A DNA stretch of 64,000 nucleotides from Actinomycetota bacterium. Lineage in GTDB: Bacteria > Actinomycetota > Acidimicrobiia > IMCC26256 > PALSA-610. Under the pieces are notes generated by a model. The model saw only the letters and a list, made by a program, of their open reading frames with translations. It did no database searches and had not been told where the DNA came from. This document shows, piece by piece, positions 1-7,504 of the stretch; position 1 is the stretch's first letter, and each line of letters begins with the position of its first letter. The position numbers were made by a program, and so were the translations under genes. The stretch spans positions 4,639 through 68,638 of the forward strand of contig JBQTGT010000010.1 of the NCBI GenBank assembly GCA_052390615.1, written 5' to 3'.

Positions 1-504
1 GTATTCCGCGGGTGGCTCGGCGGACAGATCGCGTGCGGGCGCTCGTTCGCGTGGATGTTTGCGCCCACGGTGAACTCGTACAAGCGGTACCAACCCGAGT
101 CGTGGGCGCCGACCGCGCTCGCGTGGAGCGTCGACAACCGGACCTGCGGGTTCCGCGTGGTCGGCCATGGTTCGTCGTTCCGCCTGGAGTCGCGAATACC
201 GGGCGCGGACGTCAATCCGTATCTCGCGTACGCCGCGACGATCGCGGCCGGGCTGTACGGCCTCGAGCAGGGCCTCGAGCCTCCGAAATGCTTCCATGGC
301 AATGCGTACGCCGCCGACGAGCTGCCGCGCGTACCGACGAGCATTGTGGATGCGATCAGCGCGTTCGAACAGTCGAAGGTCGCAGTCGACGCGTTCGGTG
401 AGGAAGTGCACGAGCACCTGTTGCACACGGCTCGCCAGGAGTGGCTGGCGTTCTCGCGGGCGGTCACGGACTGGGAACGGCGCCGCAACTTCGACCAGTG
501 GTGA
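1..504 (+). CDS. Glutamine synthetase family protein, C-terminal part (5' end lies outside the window)
   Basis: Frame 1 is open from base 1. The translation FAPTVNSYKRY...WAPTALAWSVDNRTCGFRV...ESRIPGADVNPYLAYAA matches the conserved C-terminal catalytic region of GlnA-type ligases. Stop TGA at 502-504. Confidence 0.85.
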   Translation, partial: VFRGWLGGQIACGRSFAWMFAPTVNSYKRYQPESWAPTALAWSVDNRTCGFRVVGHGSSFRLESRIPGADVNPYLAYAATIAAGLYGLEQGLEPPKCFHGNAYAADELPRVPTSIVDAISAFEQSKVAVDAFGEEVHEHLLHTARQEWLAFSRAVTDWERRRNFDQW

Positions 505-511
505 CCCGGTC

Positions 512-1219
512 GTGGTGATCGTGGCCGTCACGGGGCGCCGGCTCGGTCGTACCGATCGGTGGCCGTACTCGCGCGCCGCAGCACTCCCACGCGCGTACCT
601 CGATGCGGTAACCCGGGCGGGGGGCCAACCGATGATCGTCGACGACGCACCCGACCCGAAGGCGCTGCTCGCGCGCGTCGACGCGCTCGTGCTCACCGGC
701 GGCCCCGACGTCGATCCCGCGTTGTACCAACAGGTGCCGCACGCGTCGGTGTACGGCGTCGATCGCCGCGCCGATGAGTTCGAGGCGGCGCTCGCCGACG
801 TCGCGCTGGCCCGGGGGATCCCGACGCTGGCAATCTGTCGCGGGACACAGATCTTGAACGTCGCGCGCGGCGGCACTCTGTTCCAACATATTCCTGACGT
901 CCCGGGCGTCGTTGCGCATGGACAACCCGGTGAAGCGGGCGGCGCCCGCCTCCACGACGTGCGCGTCGAGCCCGAGTCACTGCTCGCCGAGGTGCTCGCC
1001 ACGACGACCGTTGCCGCGTCGTGCCATCACCATCAGGCGGTCGACACCCTCGGCGACGGCCTCCATGTCACCGCGCGCGCGGGCGACGGCATCGTCGAAG
1101 GACTAGAACTCGACGGCGCATTCACGCTCGCCGTGCAGTGGCACCCCGAGGACACCGCCGCTACCGACCGCGTGCAACAACGCCTCTTCGACGCCCTCGT
1201 CGACACCGCCGACGCCTAG
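512..1219 (+). CDS. Class I glutamine amidotransferase, gamma-glutamyl-GABA hydrolase (PuuD / peptidase C26)-like
   Basis: This is the real part of ORF 167..1219. It has the LAICRGTQILNVARGG motif (nucleophile Cys) and VQWHPE. The start is placed at the GTG cluster 512-523 right after the upstream stop; the exact start is uncertain. Confidence 0.8.
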   Translation: MVIVAVTGRRLGRTDRWPYSRAAALPRAYLDAVTRAGGQPMIVDDAPDPKALLARVDALVLTGGPDVDPALYQQVPHASVYGVDRRADEFEAALADVALARGIPTLAICRGTQILNVARGGTLFQHIPDVPGVVAHGQPGEAGGARLHDVRVEPESLLAEVLATTTVAASCHHHQAVDTLGDGLHVTARAGDGIVEGLELDGAFTLAVQWHPEDTAATDRVQQRLFDALVDTADA

Positions 1220-1232
1220 TCACCCCCGACCT

Positions 1233-1344
1233 CGAACCTGCGCCGCAAACCGGGAATAGTTCCCGTTTCGCGGCGCAGGTTCGTGTGGCCGGCCGAACCT
1301 GCGCCGCAAACCCGGAATAGTTCCCGTTTCGCGGCGCAGGTTCG
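1233..1344. repeat. Two tandem copies (61-bp period) of a ~51-nt near-perfect palindrome; probable bidirectional terminator or REP-like element
   Basis: Copy 1 (1233-1283) and copy 2 (1294-1344) differ by one base. Each folds with a 14-bp outer stem CGAACCTGCGCCGC/GCGGCGCAGGTTCG, inner stems AAAC/GTTT and CGGGAA/TTCCCG, and a TAG loop. The element lies between convergent stops at 1219 and 1353. Confidence 0.8.
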
Positions 1345-1352
1345 GCCGGTGG

Positions 1353-2864
1353 TCAGTCGAGGAGGCGCCGCCGGAGCTCGTGCTTGGGGATCTTGCCACT
1401 GGGGTTGCGGGGCATCGCGTCCAGGATCTCGATGCGTTCGGGCATCTTCTGCATCATCAGCCCGACGCCCTTGCAGTGCTCGACGACGTCGGCGAGTCGC
1501 GGCGGGTCGGCGGGGTCCTTGGGCACGACGAACGCGACGACCATCTCGCCCCGGTCGGCGTCGGGGAGCCCGAGCACCGCGACCTCCGCGACCTTTGGAT
1601 GACCGTAGAGGACGTCCTCGACCTCCTTGGCCGAGACGTTCTCACCCTTGCGGATGATGATGTCCTTGATTCGGCCGGTGATCAGCACGGCACCGTGCTC
1701 GTCGAAGCGGGCCATATCGCCCGTGTGGAGCCAGCCGTCGGGTGTGAACGCCTCGGCGTCGAGGGAGGCGTCCACGTAGCCGCGCATGACCTGCGGGCCT
1801 TTGACGACGAGCTCTCCGTTGTCGAGAATCTTGAACTCGACACCTTCGGTGGCGGTGCCCTCGCCGCTGCGCTTAGACTCGTCGGGCGCGCCGATGTCGG
1901 TTTGACTCACGATCGGCGCTTCGGTCATCCCGTAGCCCGACGTGATACCGACACACGTGGGTACCGCGGCTATCAGATCGTCGTGCAGCGCGGGCGGCTT
2001 CGTCGAACCGCCGCTCGGAAATGCGCGGATCGACTTGTACACGTCTGGATTTGCTCGTGCCTCGGTGAGCAGCGCGGCGTGGATCGCGGGCGCGCCGTTG
2101 CCGAGCGTGATCGCGTGCCGGCGGATCAGTTCGGTTGACGCCGCCGGCGTCCACGCTTCCATCAGCACCGCGCCCGAGCCGGTCAACAGGGGCGTGAACA
2201 CGCCGATGATGATCCCGCCGACGTGCGTAAACGGGAACGCGACGAGCGCGATGTCGTCGTCGACGACTCGTGTCTTCTTGGCATATCCGATCGCGCCCGC
2301 CATGACGGACCGGTCGGTGTGCTGGGCGCCCTTCGGGTCGGCGGTCGTCCCAGACGTGTAAAAGATCCAGCGGATCGGGTCGTCCGCCCGCCGATCGCGC
2401 CCGACCGGTGGCGGCGGCAACGTCGCGGGATCGCCGTCGGGAACCCAATGGTCGGCGACCAGGGTGTGCATGCCGTCGTTCTCGCCGGCAACCTGATCGG
2501 CGAGCGCCGCGTAGTCGAACTTGTTCCACGTCGAGGGCGTGATCAGCAACGCGCAGCCGGTCTGGCGCGCGATGAACGACACCTCCTTGTGTCGGTAGAT
2601 CGGCAGCATCGGGTTCTGCGCTGCACCCAGCCGAGACAGCGCGCCGACCAGCACCGCCGACTCCGTCCACGTCGGGAGCTGCCACGACACGTTGACACCT
2701 TCGGCGACGCCAAGGGAGTGCAATCCCGCCGCAGCCCGTTCGACCATCGCGCGGTACTCCGAGAACGTCGTCTCGCGGTCGCCGTCGAAAAGCATCACCT
2801 TGTCGGGCGACGCCTCCGCCCGCCGCTCGATCAGTTCCCACACTGTTCGTGCGTCGTCAAACAT
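1353..2864 (-). CDS. AMP-dependent acyl-CoA synthetase/ligase
   Basis: Motifs IFYTSGTTADPKGAQH (AMP-binding signature), GYGMTE, HTGDMARFDEHG and a C-terminal PSGKIPKHELRR. The start ATG at 2862-2864 (MFDDARTVWE) lies 14 nt after the upstream SDR stop. The longer annotated ORF N-terminus is Arg-rich shadow sequence. Confidence 0.9.
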   Translation of the reverse strand: MFDDARTVWELIERRAEASPDKVMLFDGDRETTFSEYRAMVERAAAGLHSLGVAEGVNVSWQLPTWTESAVLVGALSRLGAAQNPMLPIYRHKEVSFIARQTGCALLITPSTWNKFDYAALADQVAGENDGMHTLVADHWVPDGDPATLPPPPVGRDRRADDPIRWIFYTSGTTADPKGAQHTDRSVMAGAIGYAKKTRVVDDDIALVAFPFTHVGGIIIGVFTPLLTGSGAVLMEAWTPAASTELIRRHAITLGNGAPAIHAALLTEARANPDVYKSIRAFPSGGSTKPPALHDDLIAAVPTCVGITSGYGMTEAPIVSQTDIGAPDESKRSGEGTATEGVEFKILDNGELVVKGPQVMRGYVDASLDAEAFTPDGWLHTGDMARFDEHGAVLITGRIKDIIIRKGENVSAKEVEDVLYGHPKVAEVAVLGLPDADRGEMVVAFVVPKDPADPPRLADVVEHCKGVGLMMQKMPERIEILDAMPRNPSGKIPKHELRRRLLD

Positions 2865-2878
2865 GAGACAGGGCCCCC

Positions 2879-3622
2879 TTAGATCGTGATGCCGCCGTCG
2901 ATCGACACGACGGCGCCGGTCATGTAGCGCGCCGCGTCCGACGCGACGAACAGCACGACGCCCGCGATCTCCTCCGGTGTCGAGTTGCCGAGCGGCGACA
3001 TGACCTTGCGGAAGGCCTTCCAGTCGACGCCCTCCGGCATCTTCATGAACTCTTGCTGCAGCGGCGTTTCGATCCCGCCCGGAGCGACGCAGTTCGCGCG
3101 GATGTTGCGTTTCAGGTACTCGTCCGCGATGCACCTCGTGAGATGCACGACGCCGGCCTTCGACGCGCAGTACGCGGCGCTGTAGGGCTGCGACTTGATG
3201 CCCGCGTTGGACGCGATGTTCACGATCGCGCCGCCGCCCTCGAGGAGGTGCGGGATCGCGGCCTGGCACACTAGAAATGTGCCGGTGAGATTCACGGCGA
3301 GCGTGCGCTGCCAGTCCTCGAATGCCACCTGGTGGGTGTGCTCGAAGCGGCCGATGCCGGCGCAGTTCACCACCAGCTGCGGCCGGCCGAGATCGCCAGC
3401 CGCGGCCCGGACGGCGGCCCGCACCGACTCCGGTTCCGCTACGTCGACCTGATACGCACGGGCGTCACTGTCAGCGTCCGCGGCCGTGTGGCCCGCGGCG
3501 TCGGCCGCGATGTCGAGGCAGGCCACCCGCGCCCCCTCGGCCGCCAGCGCCAGCGCGGTCGCCCGTCCCAACCCGGAACCGGCGCCTGTGACCAGCGCCA
3601 TTCGTCCGGCGAAGCGTGTCAT
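2879..3622 (-). CDS. SDR family oxidoreductase
   Basis: Motifs MALVTGAGSGLGRA (TGxxxGxG), NIASNAG and YCASKAG (YxxxK). Start taken at the internal ATG 3620-3622 (MTRFAGRMALVTG). Confidence 0.9.
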   Translation of the reverse strand: MTRFAGRMALVTGAGSGLGRATALALAAEGARVACLDIAADAAGHTAADADSDARAYQVDVAEPESVRAAVRAAAGDLGRPQLVVNCAGIGRFEHTHQVAFEDWQRTLAVNLTGTFLVCQAAIPHLLEGGGAIVNIASNAGIKSQPYSAAYCASKAGVVHLTRCIADEYLKRNIRANCVAPGGIETPLQQEFMKMPEGVDWKAFRKVMSPLGNSTPEEIAGVVLFVASDAARYMTGAVVSIDGGITI

Positions 3623-3673
3623 CAGCGCCAAATCTAACTCGGCGCCCGATTCTGGAGTCGGGCGCACAGACCA

Positions 3674-3705
3674 ACGGCCCGTCGGCGCGCGGACCGACGG
3701 GCCGT
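3674..3705. promoter_or_regulatory. 12-bp perfect inverted repeat with an 8-nt spacer in a divergent promoter region
   Basis: ACGGCCCGTCGG (3674-3685), cgcgcgga, CCGACGGGCCGT (3694-3705). It lies between the SDR start (3622, minus strand) and the DUF202 gene (plus strand). Confidence 0.3.
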
Positions 3706-3811
3706 CTCGCCTCGCGCCCCTGGGGGGTGGGGGCCGGAAGCGGTTCTGCGCTCACATCGGCGGCATTTCGCCCAACGTGAGCACATCGAATCGTCCCGGC
3801 GGACGCGCAGC

Positions 3812-4261
3812 GTGGTGCGGGCGGAGACCCGCGGCGGTCGCGTGGCCGAGTGCGCGCCGCGGGCTCGGTCCACCGATAGGGTCGATCGCGTGGTCCGTCG
3901 CTCGCACCGTCCGCCGCTGCGCGAGGTCGGTACCGACCCGGACCCGCGCTTCACTTACGCGAACGAGCGCACGTTTCTCGCCTGGAACCGGACGGCGTTG
4001 GCGCTGATCGCGGCTGGGCTCGCGGCGACGGCGCTGCTGCCGGAGTTCGAGCTCGAGTACGGGCGGCGGATCATCGGCGTTCCGTTGATCGCGCTCGGCG
4101 CGGTCCTCGCGTATACCTCGTATCGGCGGTGGGAGGACAACGAGCGGGCGATGCGGCTGGGCGAGCCGTTGCCGGAGTCGAACTTGGCGCGCATCCTCGC
4201 GACCGGTGTCGCGATCGCGGCGGTGCTGGCGGCGATCGTCGCCGCGTTCGGATCGGAATGA
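3812..4261 (+). CDS. DUF202 (YidH-like) membrane protein
   Basis: ANERTFLAWNRTALALIAAG motif followed by two more hydrophobic helices. The start is uncertain: ATG at 3812 or in-frame GTG at 3890. Confidence 0.7.
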   Translation: MVRAETRGGRVAECAPRARSTDRVDRVVRRSHRPPLREVGTDPDPRFTYANERTFLAWNRTALALIAAGLAATALLPEFELEYGRRIIGVPLIALGAVLAYTSYRRWEDNERAMRLGEPLPESNLARILATGVAIAAVLAAIVAAFGSE

Positions 4262-4605
4262 GCGCGCAGCCGCCGATCGTCGACGACGAGGAGACACCCG
4301 GTCTCGCGGGTGAGCGCACGGACCTCGCGTGGAGCCGCAGCGGGCTCGCGATCGTCGCGGTCGTGGCCGCGATACTGCGGCGTGTACTCGACGCCGACCG
4401 GCACGGCGCGGCGGTGATCACGGCCGCGCTGCTCGCGGGGGCGGCGGTCGCGTGGGTGTTGGCGATGGGCCACGCCCGGGCCGTCACCATCCCGGCGTTG
4501 GCGGGTCGGGCGCACGCGGATCGGCGCGAGCTGCGGGCGGTGGCCGCCGGGACCGCCCTCCTTGGGGTCGGGGCTCTCGTCCTCGCCCTCGTGCCCGATG
4601 AGTAA
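4258..4605 (+). CDS. DUF202 domain membrane protein (second of a pair)
   Basis: The ATG at 4258 overlaps the upstream stop (ATGA). Contains AGERTDLAWSRSGLAIVAV and further TM helices. Confidence 0.7.
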   Translation: MSAQPPIVDDEETPGLAGERTDLAWSRSGLAIVAVVAAILRRVLDADRHGAAVITAALLAGAAVAWVLAMGHARAVTIPALAGRAHADRRELRAVAAGTALLGVGALVLALVPDE

Positions 4606-4644
4606 CTCGGGAACTGGCGACGGAACTCGGATCGTCGAACCGGC

Positions 4645-6771
4645 ATGACCCTGTGGAGGTGCTCGATGCGCGGGACTCGATGCATGGCGGCCGTGGCGGC
4701 CCTGGCGGTGGTGGCGACTGGCTGCTCCGGCGACGACGACAGCGGCGCCGGCCCGTCTGAACGCCGGCTGCCGGCCGACGTCACGTTGGCCGCGAGCCTG
4801 CGCCGGTTCGACGACTGTGAGGGCGTGCGCGCGTGGGCGCGCGACGAGCTCGCGCCGCGTGTCGGTGCGTACGGGTGGCCCGGCGGCGGCAACTTCTTCG
4901 TCGGCTTTCGAGGCGACGCCGCAGTTTTAGAAGCGTCACGCGATCCCGAGGACTCGGACGATCTCGCGGTCGATTCCGCCGCGCCCCAAGCAACGGGCGG
5001 CGACGGTGGCGAGCCCGCGTTCTCGACAACCAATGTGCAAGTCGAAGGTGTCGACGAGCCCGACTCGGTGAAGACCGACGGCGAAAAGATCGTCGCGGTC
5101 GCGCAAGGCTCGGTGCACCTCGTCGACCCCGCGAGCCAACGGGTGCTCGACTCGGTCACGCTTCCGGACGGCATGTACGACGCGCAGCTGCTGCTCGCGG
5201 GTGAACGCGTGCTCGCGTTCGGCAACGGGTCGTCCGGGCCGCGCGTCACCATCGAGGATGACATCGGGCGCCCCAGTCCCGAGATTCCGGGGACGCGCAC
5301 GCGCATCGTGCAGCTCGACATCGACGGCGAATCCCTGTCGATATCCGACTCGTTCCTCCTCGACGGCACCTATGTGTCGGCCCGCATGACGGGCGACGTC
5401 GCCCGCCTCGTGTTGCACGCCGACCCGGCCGGGCGCCTCGGGTTCGTCACGCCCGCGGTGCCGACCGAGGACGCGCAGACGCGCGCGACCGAAGCGAACC
5501 GCGAGGCCGTCGAGCAAGCCGAGGCCACCGACTTCTTGCCGAAGTGGCGGGAGCTGGACGACGGCGGCGACATCGCCCACGAGGGCGACCTGCTCGCGTG
5601 CGACGATGCCCACGCGCCCAACACGTTCTCCGGCTTCGGCATGGTGACCGTCGTCAGCATCGACATCTCGGACGGCCTGCGCGACGGCGTCACGTCGGCC
5701 AACGGTGCGGGCGTGATGGCCGGTGGGCAGACGGTGTACGCGTCGGCTGAGCGCCTTTACGTGGCGGCACCGGAATGGCAGGACTGGCAGACGCTCGATG
5801 GCGACGCGCTGCGCCAAGCGGAAGAACGGCACGGCACCGACATCCACCGCTTCGACATCACCGATCCGAACCAGGCCGAGTACGAGATGTCGGGCCACGT
5901 CGACGGCGATCTGCTCAACCAGTTCGCGATGGACGAGTTCGACGGCAACCTCCGCGTCGCCACCACCACCGGCTTCCCGTGGAGCGAGGGCGCCGACACG
6001 TCCGAGAGTCACGTCGTCGTGCTCGCGCCCGGCGACGGCCAGCTCGTCGAGGTCGGGAAGGTGTCGGGTTTGGGGAAGGGCGAGACGATCCACGCCGTGC
6101 GCTTCATCGGGGCCGTCGGCTACGTGGTCACGTTCCGCCAGACGGACCCGCTCTACACGATCGACCTGTCCGACCCCACCGACCCGCGTGTCGCCGGTGA
6201 GTTGAAGATCCTCGGCTACTCCGCGTATCTGCACCCGATCGGCGACGGGCGACTCATCGGCGTCGGCCAGGATGCCGACGAAACTGGGTCGACGATCGGC
6301 ACGCAGGTCGCGCTGTTCGACGTGCGCGACCCCGCCGCACCGACCCGCGTCGCGCAAACGACGCTGCCCAACGGGTTCTCTTCGGCGGAATGGGACCACC
6401 ACGCGTTCTTGTGGTGGGCCGATACCGGCCTGGTTGCAATCCCGGTCGAGACGTACGACGACCAGTCGTCGTTCCAAGGCGTCGTCGGGTTCACCGTCGA
6501 CACCGAAGGCGCGACGGTGACCGAACTCGGTCGTATCCGTCACCCCGGCGAGGAAGAGGTATTCCTCGACTCGCAGCCGCTGCCCGTCGAACCGGGATTC
6601 GAAGGCGACGATGTCATCGCGCCCGACACTTCAGAGTCGTCGTTCGTCTACACGCCGCCGATCACCCGCACGCTCGTGATCGGCGACAAGGTGTGGACGC
6701 TCTCGGATTCCGGCCTCGGAAACAGCGACCTCGCGACGCTCGGCCAGACCAGCTTCATCCCGTTCGGCTGA
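4645..6771 (+). CDS. Secreted lipoprotein of the bacterial/archaeal beta-propeller-domain family
   Basis: Signal peptide with lipobox AVVATGC (Cys27). The body contains YLHPIGDGRLIGVGQD, VALFDVRDPAAP and WDHHAFLWW, which are typical of the 'beta propeller domain' secreted family. Confidence 0.75.
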   Translation: MTLWRCSMRGTRCMAAVAALAVVATGCSGDDDSGAGPSERRLPADVTLAASLRRFDDCEGVRAWARDELAPRVGAYGWPGGGNFFVGFRGDAAVLEASRDPEDSDDLAVDSAAPQATGGDGGEPAFSTTNVQVEGVDEPDSVKTDGEKIVAVAQGSVHLVDPASQRVLDSVTLPDGMYDAQLLLAGERVLAFGNGSSGPRVTIEDDIGRPSPEIPGTRTRIVQLDIDGESLSISDSFLLDGTYVSARMTGDVARLVLHADPAGRLGFVTPAVPTEDAQTRATEANREAVEQAEATDFLPKWRELDDGGDIAHEGDLLACDDAHAPNTFSGFGMVTVVSIDISDGLRDGVTSANGAGVMAGGQTVYASAERLYVAAPEWQDWQTLDGDALRQAEERHGTDIHRFDITDPNQAEYEMSGHVDGDLLNQFAMDEFDGNLRVATTTGFPWSEGADTSESHVVVLAPGDGQLVEVGKVSGLGKGETIHAVRFIGAVGYVVTFRQTDPLYTIDLSDPTDPRVAGELKILGYSAYLHPIGDGRLIGVGQDADETGSTIGTQVALFDVRDPAAPTRVAQTTLPNGFSSAEWDHHAFLWWADTGLVAIPVETYDDQSSFQGVVGFTVDTEGATVTELGRIRHPGEEEVFLDSQPLPVEPGFEGDDVIAPDTSESSFVYTPPITRTLVIGDKVWTLSDSGLGNSDLATLGQTSFIPFG

Positions 6772-6779
6772 TCCCCCAT

Positions 6780-6817
6780 GCGTCGATAGACCCGAAGAAC
6801 TTAGGGGCTATCGACGC
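6780..6817. terminator. Hairpin between convergent genes; the left 29 nt are also repeated at 60002-60029
   Basis: GCGTCGATAG (6780-6789) pairs with CTATCGACGC (6808-6817), with an inner CCCGAAG/CTTAGGG stem. The right arm overlaps the last codons of the regulator gene. Confidence 0.45.
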
Positions 6818-7455
6818 ACCAAGGGGGTGATGCGGTAGGCGCAGTGCCGATCACCCGAGAGCAGGTGCTGCGTGCGTTCGACGTGGACCTTTGGTCCGAG
6901 CACGTCCCGGAACAGCTGAAGCTCCGACGAACACAAGCTTTGACACGCGGTCGCGGCCGCGCAGATCGGGCAATGGTGCTCGACCAGCAGCAGCCCATCG
7001 TCCTCGATCACCTCGCCGACGTACCCCTCCGCGGTTCGGATCGCGGCCAGCGCGTCGACGCGCGCGCGGAGACTCGCGCGCGCGGGGACCGCGCGGCGGT
7101 ACGCCGCGAGTTGCCGAGCGGTGCGCTCGTCGATGACGCGCGCCAGACCGTCGTCGCCGAGGGCAGTGCGCAGCGCGCCGAGCAGCTCGACCGTGAGATC
7201 CGCGTGGCGGTCGGGAAAGAGGTCGCGCGCGAGATCGGTGAGCGCCCACGCCGACACCGGGCGGCCACGGCCGACCGGCGGGAGCGTCTGGCGTTCCACG
7301 AGCCCGTTGCGCTCGAGCGCGTCGAGGTGCTGGCGGACAGCCGCCTCGGTGATCCCGAGCGCGGCGGCGAGTTGTGGCACGGTCGCGTCGGCCCGCTTGA
7401 GCCGGTCGACGATCGCACGCTTGGTCTCGCCCAACTCGTGCTTGACGGGCGCCAT
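6808..7455 (-). CDS. ArsR-type winged-helix regulator with a C-terminal Cys cluster (SufR-like)
   Basis: N-terminal HTH (VPQLAAALGITEAAVRQHLDALERNGLV). The C-terminal EHHCPICAAATACQSLCSSE...GDRHCAYRI resembles Fe-S-sensing SufR-type regulators. Confidence 0.8.
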   Translation of the reverse strand: MAPVKHELGETKRAIVDRLKRADATVPQLAAALGITEAAVRQHLDALERNGLVERQTLPPVGRGRPVSAWALTDLARDLFPDRHADLTVELLGALRTALGDDGLARVIDERTARQLAAYRRAVPARASLRARVDALAAIRTAEGYVGEVIEDDGLLLVEHHCPICAAATACQSLCSSELQLFRDVLGPKVHVERTQHLLSGDRHCAYRITPLVRR

Positions 7456-7504
7456 CAGGAAGCAGAATATCGCGAGAGTTCGATTGCGTAAATAGGAGAA
7501 CCCG

